NCBI GenBank assembly: GCA_964016885.1
Contig: OZ024746.1
Span: forward strand, 72,540,001-72,604,000
Direction of reading: 5' to 3'
Length of the DNA stretch: 64,000 bases
Source: Eledone cirrhosa
Lineage: Eukaryota
Within the stretch, counting starts at the first letter, position 1. The number at the start of each line of letters is the position of its first letter. Position numbers and translations under genes: made by a program. Below the pieces are notes generated by a model that did not search any database, had not been told where the DNA came from, and saw nothing but the letters and a program-made list of their open reading frames with translations. This document shows, one piece after another, positions 27,631 to 45,126 of this stretch.

Positions 27631-28388
27631 TGGATTGGCAGTATCGGTAGAGGGTCGGACGCCATGCTTTCTAGCATAGTTACGTCCCTTTACAGACTGA
27701 GTTCAAAATCCCGCCGAGGTTAACTTTGCCTTTCATCCTTACGGGGTCGATAAAATAAAGTACCAGTAACGTACTGGGGTAATTGCTGGCCTTGTGCCTA
27801 AAGTAGAAACAATTATTCCTGGATTGGCAGTATCGGTAGAGGGTCAGACGTCATGTTTTGCAGCAAAGAGTTACGGCCCTTTACGGTCTGAGTTCAAATC
27901 CCGCCGAGGTTAACTTTGCCTTTCATCCTTACGGGGTCGATAAAATAAAGTACCAGTAACGTACTGGGGTAATTGCTGGCCTTGTGCCAAATGTAGAAAC
28001 AATTATTCCTGGATTGGCAGTATCGGTAGAGGGTCAGACGTCATGTTTTGCAGCAAAGAGTTACGGCCCTTTACGGTCTGAGTTCAAATCCCGCTGAGGT
28101 TAACTTTGCCTTTCATCCTTACGGGGTCGATAAAATAAAGTACCAGTAATGTACTGGGGTAATTGCTGGCCTTGTGCCAAATGTAGAAACAATTATTCCT
28201 GGATTGGCAGTATCGGTAGAGGGTCAGACGTCATGTTTTGCAGCAAAGAGTTACAGCCCTTTACGGTCTGAGTTCAAATCCCGCTGAGGTTAACTTTGCC
28301 TTTCATCCTTACGGGGTCGATAAAATAAAGTACCAGTAATGTACTGGGGTAATTGCTGGCCTTGTGCCTAAAGTAGAAACAATTATTA
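27631..28388 (+). mobile_element. Tandem tetramer of SINE family 1 (190-bp period)
   Basis: tggattggcagtatcgg at 27631, 27820, 28010 and 28200, joined by acaattattcc. Confidence 0.9.
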
Positions 28389-28867
28389 ACAATATATCAT
28401 CATCATCATTACCACCGTCTCCAATACCACCACCACCACCACCATCATCATTATCACCATCATCGTCATCATTATCATCTTCATCACCACTACTATCATC
28501 ACCATCATCATAACTACGATCATCATCATCACCATCATCATCACGACTACATTCTGCATCATTGTCAAAATCTTTATCCCCCACCACCACCACCACCACC
28601 ACGATCACTGCTATCTTCATTATCATCATGTATACACTTACCTACATGGCCATATATGTGTGTGTGTGTGTGTGGCTGTGTGTGTGTGTGTGTGTGCGTG
28701 TGTGTGTGTGTGTGTGCATGTGTGTGTGTGGGTGGCCGTGTGTGTGGGTGGCCGTGTGTGTGTGTGTGTGTGTGCATCTGTGTGTGTGTGTGTGTGGCTC
28801 TGTGTGTGTGTGCGCGCACGCACGTGTGGCTGTGTGTGTGTATGTGCGTGCGTGTGTGCGTGCGTGC

Positions 28868-28929
<62 letters not shown>

Positions 28930-29364
28930 CTGTGTGTGTGTGTGTGTGCGTGCGTGTGTATGTGCGTGCGCGTGTGTGTGTGTGTGTGGCTGTGTGTACT
29001 TACTAGTGATGATGGAACAAATTCAGACGGCTACATCCTACGAAAATACCTCTGAATCCGAGAGCACAATTGGAATAACCTTGGATAACATTTAGATATC
29101 CACAAACCACAACCTGACACTCCAACCTTATCCCCACCCGTCATTATAAAACTCTCCCTTCTATAATACCATTCTAAGACACCACAATCGAAGAAAGCGT
29201 TATCCCTCCTTATCTAACCTACCATTGAACCACTTCCATAAAAACTCTCTTGTAGAACTTTAATCCTCACATCCATAACAAATATGTCGAACTGACTAGC
29301 TGCCGAATTAACAACTTCTCCAGCGGAACGCGCGTATTCCACACATGGGAAGTTTCACCAAACT

Positions 29365-29396
<32 letters not shown>

Positions 29397-29438
29397 ACAT
29401 GTGTGTACACACATATATGTGTATATATATATATATAT

Positions 29439-30040
29439 ATGGTGGCTGCCAACTCGTTTTCGAGTATGGCCACTACTTTATATCCATGTAGGAGAACTCC
29501 TACCGATGCGCTGAACGAGTGTGACTTTTTAGTCCAGCCAGCGACTTGAAAACTCTGGTACTAACACTACACTTGTGACAATTATTGACACATAGTGCTG
29601 GGCCCATGGTACCATGTGACGACAAGTGCAGAGAGATCTCCAGATATAAAGCAATGCCTGTGCCGTGAAGCTTTTATGGTGAGCAAAGGCACTGCACAAA
29701 GCCAGTCCCACTCTCTTAACCAAGATGATATTTACCAAAAAGAAGAACAAGTTAACATCATTGGATACCATCAGGGCTGCAGGTGTTATATCAGAGTTTT
29801 CCTTCTCCTAGAATTCTGCCTTGACAAAGGCTAAGGGGTCATCTCTCCCGGTGATTTTGGATGGCCATTGACTCTTAAGAGCTCCTTTGCCCTTTGACAG
29901 GTTTTGTTTTTAGTCCTGCAGGATGTCCCAAGTCACCCTCCTCACCAAGAAACCTTGGTGGGGTTGCCAGTTTAGTCGCCAACGACCCGACCATGAGACA
30001 GGTTGTACTAGGATACATGTTACCAGTAACACCAACTGGT
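29439..30040 (-). mobile_element. Interspersed repeat of about 600 bp (RTE 5'-UTR-like, non-autonomous), copy 1
   Basis: Highly similar to 62542-63150. The minus strand has ctaggagaaggaaaactctg, recalled from RTE-type 5' UTRs, so the classification is tentative. Confidence 0.6.
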
Positions 30041-30237
30041 AACATGTATCCTAGTACAACCTGGAAAATGTTCAAGACCCCGAAGGCAGAGCTCAAGCCG
30101 TTTCGACGGCTATTCCTGGACTTACCACACTTCCTTCCTTATATATATATATATATATACTTACTTACATTACATAGATTTTCATATATATATATATATA
30201 TATATATATTCTTAAATATACATTACATAAATATTCA

Positions 30238-30281
<44 letters not shown>

Positions 30282-30284
<3 letters not shown>

Positions 30285-30590
30285 TGTTATACTTTGGGAG
30301 GGTCATATTGCCAATAAGAAACACATGCACCAGTTGCTTTCACTTCAATTTATTATAAATTAAATTTATAAATTTAGGAATTTAGGAATTTATAAATTTC
30401 CGGTTGGTTGGTTGGTTCCACAACCAGATCATTGTTCCTATATTGTCAAAGTTCTTTCGTCACACATTCTGGGACCTCTTCAGTGACTGGGGATTCTTTT
30501 CTTTTGGCAACATGACCTCCCAAAGTATAACAATATCGGTTTCAAGACACGTTTTCAGATAAAGAATCTTGCTAAATAAATTCAGAAACG

Positions 30591-30595
<5 letters not shown>
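30282..30595. mobile_element. Family D HHR element, head-to-head insertion 1
   Basis: Minus arm 30282-30504 with an HHR-like motif at 30445-30488, plus arm 30504-30595, flanked by (TA)n. Confidence 0.7.
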
Positions 30596-30642
<47 letters not shown>

Positions 30643-30735
30643 GATATATATATATATAATATATATATATATATATAAAATATTAAAAAAATAATGAATA
30701 AAACAATGAAACAGTTCCTTATATTAAACAAAAAA

Positions 30736-30893
30736 ATTTCATTATTTAACGATCGTTTCTAGGATATATATGTGTTAGAATTGGCATGCATATTCAACAG
30801 ATCTATGTACAAAATTATACAAAATTATACAAACTATCAAAATTAAATATACATACCAACACATATATATGCCGTCTTCAGAAATAATGAAAT
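30736..30893 (-). ncRNA. Type I hammerhead ribozyme with a stem-loop II of about 115 nt
   Basis: atttcattattt-CTGAAGA-cggcatatatatgtgttgg...ctaacacatatatatccta-GAAA-cgatcg-TT-aaataatgaaat. Stem I is a perfect 12 bp and stem III is palindromic. Confidence 0.75.
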
Positions 30894-31343
30894 ATATTTA
30901 TTGATAATAACACAATTCAAAATTACAGGTCTGTTTGGGAACAGAATTCAAATTGACCAATGAAAATACAAAAAGTTTATACAGTTAAGTGTGTGTATAT
31001 ATGTAATTAACTTCGTTCACAGATATGCATAAAGATGTATGTTCACATGCATACGCATGCCAAAAAGATGTATGTAAATACAAAAATTCAAGGCTAATGT
31101 CTCTGTATGTTTATAATCTACAGATAAAATACGTATAAAAACAAATATACACACACATTTATATACTCACACATATACGTACATTCACACACACACGCGC
31201 GTATACGCATAAACATACACACAACCACGAACATACATACACACACACACACCCACACACATATATATGTGTGTATATACTATTATCATAAGCATATGGA
31301 CATTAATGCGCGCACGTAAACACTGCCACACATATTTAGATCC

Positions 31344-31418
<75 letters not shown>

Positions 31419-31665
31419 CATGTGTATGTGAATGTCTGCGTGAGTGTGTATATATTGTTTATTAGAAATCAACATCTATTACGAAATTGGCATTCTTTTA
31501 AATGATTCCCCTTTCATATATCCGAGACCGCTAAGTACAACATTGACAACGCAACTTGGAGTGATTAACGGCCTTTAGACTCACCTGATCAATGAAACAA
31601 TTGTTAATACTTGAAATAAAAACCCCTTGTTGTACAGCCGACCATGTTATTCTTCAATCTTTCAC

Positions 31666-31790
<125 letters not shown>

Positions 31791-31805
31791 ATATATATAT
31801 ACATA

Positions 31806-32281
31806 TATTTCGTTTCTGAATTTGTTTAGCAAGATTCTTTATCTGAAATCGTGTGTTGAAACCGATATTGTTATACTTTGGGAGGGCCATGTTGCCAATA
31901 AGAAACACACGCACCAGTTGCTTTCACTTCAATTTATTATATATTTATAAATTTATAAATTTACAAATCTACAAACTTATAAATTTCTGGTTGGTTGGTT
32001 GGTTCCACAACCAGATAGTTGTTTATATATAGTCATAGTCCTTTCGTCACAAACAAAGAAAGGAATCCCCAGTCACTGAAGAGGTCACAGAGTGTGTGAC
32101 GAAAGGACTATGACTATATATAAACAACTATCTGGTTGTGGAACCAACCAACCAACCAGAAATTTATAAGTTTGTAGATTTGTAAATTTATAAATTTATA
32201 AATACATAATAAATTGAAGTGAAAGCAACTGGTGCGTGTGTTTCTTATTGGCAACATGACCCTCCCAAAGTATAACAATAT
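31806..32281. mobile_element. Family D HHR element, head-to-head insertion 2
   Basis: Minus arm 31806-32051 and plus arm 32052-32281. agtca-CTGAAGA-ggtcacagagtgtgtgac-GAAA-ggac-TA-tgact at 32071-32115. Confidence 0.75.
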
Positions 32282-32305
32282 ATACATATACATATATATA
32301 TATAC

Positions 32306-32362
<57 letters not shown>

Positions 32363-32517
32363 CGAGTCCGGGAACCTTATAAGCACCCGTGTTACGTGTG
32401 TCGTGTTGAAGCAAATAACTGTGTGCATACTCTGGTAATGTATCTTACATTGCCCATGGAGTGCGCTGAGATACAACCGGTACTGGCATTGATAAATATG
32501 CTGGGTCCGTCAACCCT

Positions 32518-33227
<710 letters not shown>

Positions 33228-33490
33228 GAGGGGAGAGAGAAAGACTGACTTTCTGAAGTGGCCACAGTTAAATGAGGTGTTCATTGCATTAATGTGCATA
33301 GTTTCTTTCCGAATGAAATAGCTGTAGACCTGCAGAAGTCATTTCTATCAGAAATTATTAATTCTACCAAGAATTAATGCCCTTCACTATTTTCGTTTGA
33401 TTCTATATTATAAACTGCAGAGAATATATTTTTACACACACACACACACACAAACACTTGTATATATATACATATATATATTTATACACA

Positions 33491-33610
<120 letters not shown>

Positions 33611-33644
33611 TACACACGTGCACACACACACATACTATATATAT

Positions 33645-36600
33645 AGTATGAAACAAGGCATTAATAATGGCTATGAATAATAGTGACCTCACTAGATTCG
33701 AAATTGATATCATCCTTGTGGCCCGTAAAACAATAATTGTATTTGAAGATCAATTATGGACCCGCAGGGATACACCTAACAACTTTGATATAACTATGGG
33801 ATCTAGTGCTCGGTGCAGGTTACAGATTTGGTGGGTCTATACCTCTTAAATGAGATTCATAAGAATTTACCCTACCTCAATGGTGGATGATGCACTACTA
33901 CTTATTGATTATAAAAAATTTAATATAGAAAGAACTAGAAAACAATTGCATAAACTATTTAAAAACTTCAACTTAAGTATTACCCTAGATAGAAACACTA
34001 TAAACATTAACTTCCTTGATGCTACCCTTTGCCTGGACTCTAAAATATATACACCTTTTCATAAACCAAATGAAAAACTACTTTATGTAGATACCAACTC
34101 TAACCACCCTAAATCTATATTAAACTCGATTACTAAAGGAGTATCTAATAGAATAACCACTCTATCTTATAATGAAACTATATTTAACAGAAATTCCCAA
34201 TACTATAATGACGCTTTAGCTCGCTAAGGCCATAAAGATAAAATTAAATTTTTACCTAAAAAATCATCTAATTATAACATTATTTCACACAATATGGCCA
34301 TGAATAAAATTAAAAGTAATAAAAGTACTGACCACTCTAACTCTAATATTAGGGTAATAACAAAGTTAACTCGCACCAAAATAAACATCCTAATAATAAA
34401 AATATAAATAAAAATAAAAACAACACTACAACTAACCTTACAAAAAATAATCACAAAAATAGAAGAACTAATACATTTTTCAATCTCCCTTTCAATTTAA
34501 ACTTGCCTAATGCGTTCTTCTCAATTTTGGAAAAAAAACTTCTCAGTCGGCCATAGATACCATAACCTTATCAATAAAAATACTATTAAAATCTCTTACT
34601 CTACCACACCTAATAGTTCGTACCATATAGCTAGTAGTAATAAAAGGAAGATTAATAATTATTTCCAAATGATTAAATCACATGAGGGAAACTTGCATAG
34701 CAACATAATACCAGAGAATTCTAGTAGCAATAATAATAATAGTAACAGCACTAATGAAATTAATAGCAATAGAAATAATAACCGTCATTATCCTAATACT
34801 CTTCCTAACAACCATGCATCTACACACCCTATTAACCAGCAAGTAAACAACTAAAATAACTGTAATTATATAACAAATAGAACTTGCCCCTTGAGAAAAA
34901 AACTGCTTAATCAAAGACATTATTTACTCCTGTACAGTCAATACAAGTAACACTTCGAAAATATATATCGGTTCTACTTCGAACTGCTTCAAGACGAGAT
35001 ATAATTCGTATCTTCACACTTTCAAAAATCACAACCTAGCTAACTCCACTTCTTTATCTACCTACATACACTCTTTGAAAACTAGGAATAGACCATACAC
35101 ACTACAATGGGAAGTAATAGATAGAGCCTCTTCTTATAAACCACCTCTGGCTTTTAGAGTCTCGCACTATAATCTATTCTTAGCTAGACCTTTTAAATAG
35201 AAAATCAGAAATTTTTTCCACGTTTCAACATAACCACCGACACTCTTTCCACAATTTCAAACCTAGCTGCTAATATATAACAATGCCAGATCTAGATTCC
35301 TCACCACCGTTAACTCTTTACCTCTAGGTTTTATCAGCATAAAACCATCACATTTGTGTATCAATTCGTTCCTTCATTTATCTCCTATTTATCTCAGATA
35401 CTATACTCAATAATAACTATAGAGAATAAACATACATTTACCACCACCTAATATAACCATAATATCTTCTTTACTATTATTTTACTCATTTAATTAATGC
35501 ATAAGTAAGTAATGGACCCCTATAATATAATATAATGTATATTAACACATAGAATTTAATTAATAGGTTATATAAACAACTAACACTAGATTATATATTT
35601 TTCCGTTATACATAAATAAATCTTCAATTACCTCCTCTTTCTCATTAGCTCCATTTAGTAAAGATCCCCAATCACTTCCCTGAATTTAAAACGTTAGATA
35701 TAACCACACCAACTCGAAAAATCTAACATCTGACTAAAAAGAGATCACTTCAGAACAACTCTAACCCTTAATCGGATTATAATAAGGGCAATATACAATC
35801 CTTAATTGTATCTATTTAAATATTATTTTAAAATATTTCTTAAATATAACCAATGATATGGAAAAAGAAACGTCAGTATTAATACTCACAACACATCTAC
35901 ATTTAAACATTACCAGAACAATTATCACATTACATCCACCATAAACTTACATAGAAACTGTGTTAAATATAATTATCTCGCTACATATACATATCTTAAT
36001 ACCACATAACATTTTTTGTACTACACAACAGATTTACTTCCGCTTGGATTGTTTATTTAATTATTTTTCTGATCCACTCTCAACGCATGCATCAACGAAA
36101 CTCTGTATATGTATATTACACAAGTTGTTTCACAATTTTCACTTTATATTCTACCCATGCATTCCTGACTGCTTAATACCTTCATCCTATTACACCTACA
36201 TTTTGTGATATCGTTGCCATATTATGCTATATATACTTAATACCTTTGATTTCTGTTCCATGTTATTCTATATATGCCTAATACATCTGCATTCCTACTG
36301 TCTATAGGCCTATGTACAACTAATGTCCTTATTTGCGAGAAACCTTCTTTTATACTCACTGCTACAGACCACAACATCTTCAATCTCTTTGAATATGACA
36401 TTATTGATAGCAACAATAACATCAACGTATCTTTATCCTTGTTCTGTAGAGTAGGAATTTAATTATGTGTTTAAACTTTGCCAATGCTCCGATGATTCCA
36501 AACGGCTGTTTGGAAGAAACGATTGTCAGCAATAAAATGTATTAAATATATATTTGATTGTTCTTTACTTTATATTCCTGCTCTGTAATACATCTGATGT

Positions 36601-36690
36601 ATTTACATTGAGCTATTTTTCATACTGGTAATAAGGTGGTAAAAAATTAAAAAAATACTGACCTTTACCTATTTATAATTGTATATAGTT
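33645..36690 (+). mobile_element. Decayed Naiad-type Penelope-like element (RT, GIY-YIG, long 3' region with HHR-like motif)
   Basis: FDITMGS, DDALL, INFLDATL..PFHKPN..SNHP, INKNTIKISYS, CPLRKNC..IIY..IYIGST..FKTRY, with multiple frameshifts and stops. The 3' boundary is approximate. Confidence 0.8.
36485..36531 (+). ncRNA. HHR-like motif (CCGATGA core variant) in the PLE 3' region
   Basis: tgct-CCGATGA-ttccaaac ggct gtttggaa-GAAA-cgattg-TC-agca. A more degenerate homolog lies at 21945-21991. Confidence 0.55.
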
Positions 36691-36716
36691 TATATATAAG
36701 TATAAATAATATTATT

Positions 36717-36810
36717 ATTTCATCCTTACGGGGTCGATAAAATAAAGTACCAGTAATGCACTGGGTAATTGCTGGCCTTGTGCCAAAAGTAGAAACAATT
36801 ATTATTATTA
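36717..36810 (+). mobile_element. SINE family 1, 5'-truncated
   Basis: Core and tail match. Confidence 0.7.
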
Positions 36811-36926
36811 TTATATATATATATATAAGGATAGTTTTTCCTCCTTAATACGGTCCTCAATACGTTAGAATTAGAAGAAAAGAATCATTTATATTTTGCA
36901 TATATATGGCTTCTACAGCGTAGAAC

Positions 36927-36974
<48 letters not shown>

Positions 36975-37263
36975 GTATGCTATGTGTGTGTGGATACGTA
37001 TGTGTGTGCGTTGTTCAACATTATAGACAACAGATATCTAGAGACAAGATATATCAGATATAAAATAATTATAGAATTACGAAATGTAAAAATTATATTA
37101 GAACAATTATGGAAATTACCAATGGACGACAATATTGATTTTGGTGTTTTTGTTAGTCATTCCTTTGTGTTGTTTTTTTGGCATTGATTTTTGGTTTGTT
37201 TCAGGTATTTTTTTATCGTCTCAGATTTATTATTACTTGGCCAGTTCCAAGATGGCCGATTTA

Positions 37264-39925
<2,662 letters not shown>

Positions 39926-39927
<2 letters not shown>

Positions 39928-42900
39928 CCGGCAACCGCTCTTTCAAACCAGTTCCTGTACACAGCTAAGTATTCTATAAGTCTCTAGCTGTGTCATTCTC
40001 GATAAAAGCACTGGATATGTAGTCCTGATGATTTCTAACTAGAATGAAACGCGTAGATTACTTCCCTTGCTTTTATCGAGAATCTAATTGTAATACGTGA
40101 CGTATTCTATTCTATAGCGATTAGGTCTTCAAAATGTTTATTATAAACATACAGAATATTTTCGAATATTCTATGTCTATATTCACATATATATCGCTAT
40201 TTCAGAGCATGTATTCCAATTTCTAATTTCTGCCGGACCGGCAACCGCTCTTTCAAACCAGTTCCTGTACACAGCTAAGTATTCTATAAGTCTCTAGCTG
40301 TGTCATTCTCGATAAAAGCACTGGATATGTAGTCCTGATGATTTCTAACTAGAATGAAACGCGTAGATTACTTCCCTTGCTTTTATCGAGAATCTAATTG
40401 TAATACGTGACGTATTCTATTCTATAGCGATTAGGTCTTCAAAATGTTTATTATAAACATACAGAATATTTTCGAATATTCTATGTCTATATTCACATAT
40501 ATATCGCTATTTCAGAGCATTTATTCCAATTTCTAATTTCTGCCGGACCGGCAACCGCTCTTTCAAACCAGTTCCTGTACACAGCTAAGTATTCTATAAG
40601 TCTCTAGCTGTGTCATTCTCGATAAAAGCACTGGATATGTAGTCCTGATGATTTCTAACTAGAATGAAACGCGTAGATTACTTCCCTTGCTTTTATCGAG
40701 AATCTAATTGTAATACGTGACGTATTCTATTCTATAGCGATTAGGTCTTCAAAATGTTTATTATAAACATACAGAATATTTTCGAATATTCTATGTCTAT
40801 ATTCACATATATATCGCTATTTCAGAGCATTTATTCCAATTTCTAATTTCTGCCGGACCGGCAACCGCTCTTTCAAACCAGTTCCTGTACACAGCTAAGT
40901 ATTCTATAAGTCTCTAGCTGTGTCATTCTCGATAAAAGCACTGGATATGTAGTCCTGATGATTTCTAACTAGAATGAAACGCGTAGATTACTTCCCTTGC
41001 TTTTATCGAGAATCTAATTGTAATACGTGACGTATTCTATTCTATAGCGATTAGGTCTTCAAAATGTTTATTATAAACATACAGAATATTTTCGAATATT
41101 CTATGTCTATATTCACATATATATCGCTATTTCAGAGCATTTATTCCAATTTCTAATTTCTGCCGGACCGGCAACCGCTCTTTCAAACCAGTTCCTGTAC
41201 ACAGCTAAGTATTCTATAAGTCTCTAGCTGTGTCATTCTCGATAAAAGCACTGGATATGTAGTCCTGATGATTTCTAACTAGAATGAAACGCGTAGATTA
41301 CTTCCCTTGCTTTTATCGAGAATCTAATTGTAATACGTGACGTATTCTATTCTATAGCGATTAGGTCTTCAAAATGTTTATTATAAACATACAGAATATT
41401 TTCGAATATTCTATGTCTATATTCACATATATATCGCTATTTCAGAGCATTTATTCCAATTTCTAATTTCTGCCGGACCGGCAACCGCTCTTTCAAACCA
41501 GTTCCTGTACACAGCTAAGTATTCTATAAGTCTCTAGCTGTGTCATTCTCGATAAAAGCACTGGATATGTAGTCCTGATGATTTCTAACTAGAATGAAAC
41601 GCGTAGATTACTTCCCTTGCTTTTATCGAGAATCTAATTGTAATACGTGACGTATTCTATTCTATAGCGATTAGGTCTTCAAAATGTTTATTATAAACAT
41701 ACAGAATATTTTCGAATATTCTATGTCTATATTCACATATATATCGCTATTTCAGAGCATTTATTCCAATTTCTAATTTCTGCCGGACCGGCAACCGCTC
41801 TTTCAAACCAGTTCCTGTACACAGCTAAGTATTCTATAAGTCTCTAGCTGTGTCATTCTCGATAAAAGCACTGGATATGTAGTCCTGATGATTTCTAACT
41901 AGAATGAAACGCGTAGATTACTTCCCTTGCTTTTATCGAGAATCTAATTGTAATACGTGACGTATTCTATTCTATAGCGATTAGGTCTTCAAAATGTTTA
42001 TTATAAACATACAGAATATTTTCGAATATTCTATGTCTATATTCACATATATATCGCTATTTCAGAGCATTTATTCCAATTTCTAATTTCTGCCGGACCG
42101 GCAACCGCTCTTTCAAACCAGTTCCTGTACACAGCTAAGTATTCTATAAGTCTCTAGCTGTGTCATTCTCGATAAAAGCACTGGATATGTAGTCCTGATG
42201 ATTTCTAACTAGAATGAAACGCGTAGATTACTTCCCTTGCTTTTATCGAGAATCTAATTGTAATACGTGACGTATTCTATTCTATAGCGATTAGGTCTTC
42301 AAAATGTTTATTATAAACATACAGAATATTTTCGAATATTCTATGTCTATATTCACATATATATCGCTATTTCAGAGCATTTATTCCAATTTCTAATTTC
42401 TGCCGGACCGGCAACCGCTCTTTCAAACCAGTTCCTGTACACAGCTAAGTATTCTATAAGTCTCTAGCTGTGTCATTCTCGATAAAAGCACTGGATATGT
42501 AGTCCTGATGATTTCTAACTAGAATGAAACGCGTAGATTACTTCCCTTGCTTTTATCGAGAATCTAATTGTAATACGTGACGTATTCTATTCTATAGCGA
42601 TTAGGTCTTCAAAATGTTTATTATAAACATACAGAATATTTTCGAATATTCTATGTCTATATTCACATATATATCGCTATTTCAGAGCATTTATTCCAAT
42701 TTCTAATTTCTGCCGGACCGGCAACCGCTCTTTCAAACCAGTTCCTGTACACAGCTAAGTATTCTATAAGTCTCTAGCTGTGTCATTCTCGATAAAAGCA
42801 CTGGATATGTAGTCCTGATGATTTCTAACTAGAATGAAACGCGTAGATTACTTCCCTTGCTTTTATCGAGAATCTAATTGTAATACGTGACGTATTCTAT

Positions 42901-43004
42901 TCTATAGCGATTAGGTCTTCAAAATGTTTATTATAAACATACAGAATATTTTCGAATATTCTATGTCTATATTCACATATATATCGCTATTTCAGAGCAT
43001 TTAT

Positions 43005-43010
<6 letters not shown>
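39926..43010 (+). mobile_element. Retrozyme-like 310-bp tandem array, right arm (about 10 units, 10 HHRs)
   Basis: Same unit in the opposite orientation. agtcCTGATGA starts at 40021, 40331, 40641, 40951, 41261, 41571, 41881, 42191, 42501 and 42811. Ends in (TA)n. Only one substitution was noticed (40211). Confidence 0.9.
40019..40061 (+). ncRNA. Minimal type I hammerhead ribozyme (representative of the 17 array copies)
   Basis: Stem I gtagtc/gattac, core CTGATGA, stem II ttct-aact-agaa, GAAA, palindromic stem III (A)CGCG(T), GUA cleavage triplet. Confidence 0.88.
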
Positions 43011-43072
<62 letters not shown>

Positions 43073-43092
43073 GTATATATATGTTATATATA

Positions 43093-43177
<85 letters not shown>

Positions 43178-43304
43178 GTGTGTGTATAAGCGCACACATA
43201 CATACATATAATTCCCAACAGATATATTATGTTTGAAAGAAAATTGCTGTATGGTCAAGACTGGAAGATCTTTGGTCATTCCTCTGGTTAATCAAAGCTG
43301 AACT

Positions 43305-43367
<63 letters not shown>

Positions 43368-43473
43368 GCAAACCAACGTATGAATTAAAGTAGCAGTAAA
43401 CGGAAACATTTGAGGGTTTGACCTGTGTCGGGATCGACGATATTTATTCCAATTGTTCAATGAACAAAGGTCT

Positions 43474-43504
43474 TCTTTTTCTTCTTCTTCTTCTTCTTCT
43501 TCTT

Positions 43505-43535
<31 letters not shown>

Positions 43536-43690
43536 AAAGGGTCCTCAAACACTCCTTCCAGCGGGTCCAGTCAGAAGCAACCTTCTCCAACTGGTCCGGC
43601 TGGATCTCCAAGCGAGACCAACTAAGCTCATGGATGTTATCCAACCATCTTGCTCAGGGTCTACTTCTGGCACTCTTTGGTACGGAAGTA
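43474..43690 (-). mobile_element. RTE-like LINE 3' end with (AGA)n tail
   Basis: RWLDNIHELSWSRLEIQPDQLEKVASDWTRWKECLRTLL followed by an (AAG)n tail. Confidence 0.55.
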
Positions 43691-43825
43691 ATTATATTAC
43701 ACTGTAAATGGTTGTAAAAAAAAAAACACTTGCACCCGTCAACGTAAAGATTTGTCAAAATTTAGTGGTAGAGTATGAGACAAAGCTGATTCTTTGAAAT
43801 ACAGATACAGTCTCTCTCTCTCCTC

Positions 43826-43911
<86 letters not shown>

Positions 43912-44377
43912 TCTCTCTATCTCTATCTATCTATCTATCTATCTACCACTTTGGAAGAAGAATCAGGATGGAGAGAGAGGTGCTGTACCCCAGCAAGTTT
44001 TATGAAAGGTGGGTGAAAGTGGCGAGAATGGCCCGAGTGAATGGGCCTTCTCTCTATATCAGCCTGTAGGTTGAGGAAAAGGAGGAGGAGAGGAAAGGAG
44101 TACAAGCTCTTCGTACTCCTGGAGATGAGGGTTGCACATTTTTTTTCGGGGGTATGTGTTAACCATATAAACTGTCTCCCTCTATTGGGGAAAATCGACT
44201 AACTTTTAAATTCCATCTGTGATAACATTTTACACGTTTTTATTGTATGTAAACTTCCCCCTTTGTATTTGTCCCCTTCTTTTGTGCCCCTGTGGCTAAT
44301 AAAGAAATATATCTATCTATATCTATCTATCTATCTATCTCTCTATCTCTCACTCTCACTCTCTCTCTCCATACATA

Positions 44378-44411
<34 letters not shown>

Positions 44412-44881
44412 TTATTAATATATATATGTGTATGTATATGTATATAAATATATATATATATATATAATATATATATGAAGTATTTCCGTAGTAAAGGTAA
44501 AGGAAAAGGGAGTGCTCTATGTAGACTACAGAGCTTTTTATTTATGTAATAAACAACATAAGATAAATGAAATAATTATCTTATGTTGTTTATTACATAA
44601 CTATATATATATATATATATATAGTATATGACAACCAATATAAGATATACTGTGATATATACTAATGGGACCAATGTAGCTTCATCCTTAAGACGAATCA
44701 TCAGGAAGCCACACATCAGTAAACATGTGTGGTAGATAAAACGATTCATAACTTTTCATGTCCAATTTTATGAATATATAAGTAAATATAGACAGTGGTT
44801 ATAGATTTCTTGTTTGTTTGTAAAATCATGAAATGATATACATACGCTCAGATTGATACAAATATGTGTTGATACAATTGA

Positions 44882-44942
<61 letters not shown>

Positions 44943-44965
44943 TGCGCGCGCGTGTGTGTGTGTGT

Positions 44966-44997
<32 letters not shown>

Positions 44998-45017
44998 CTG
45001 TGTGTGTGTGTGTGTGT

Positions 45018-45126
<109 letters not shown>

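Noticed and set aside
43950-44310. Possible L1/Tx1 3' end, and Helitron-like starts at 53619 and 45125
   Set aside because: Resemblance only. The segments are too short or degenerate to call without a library search.
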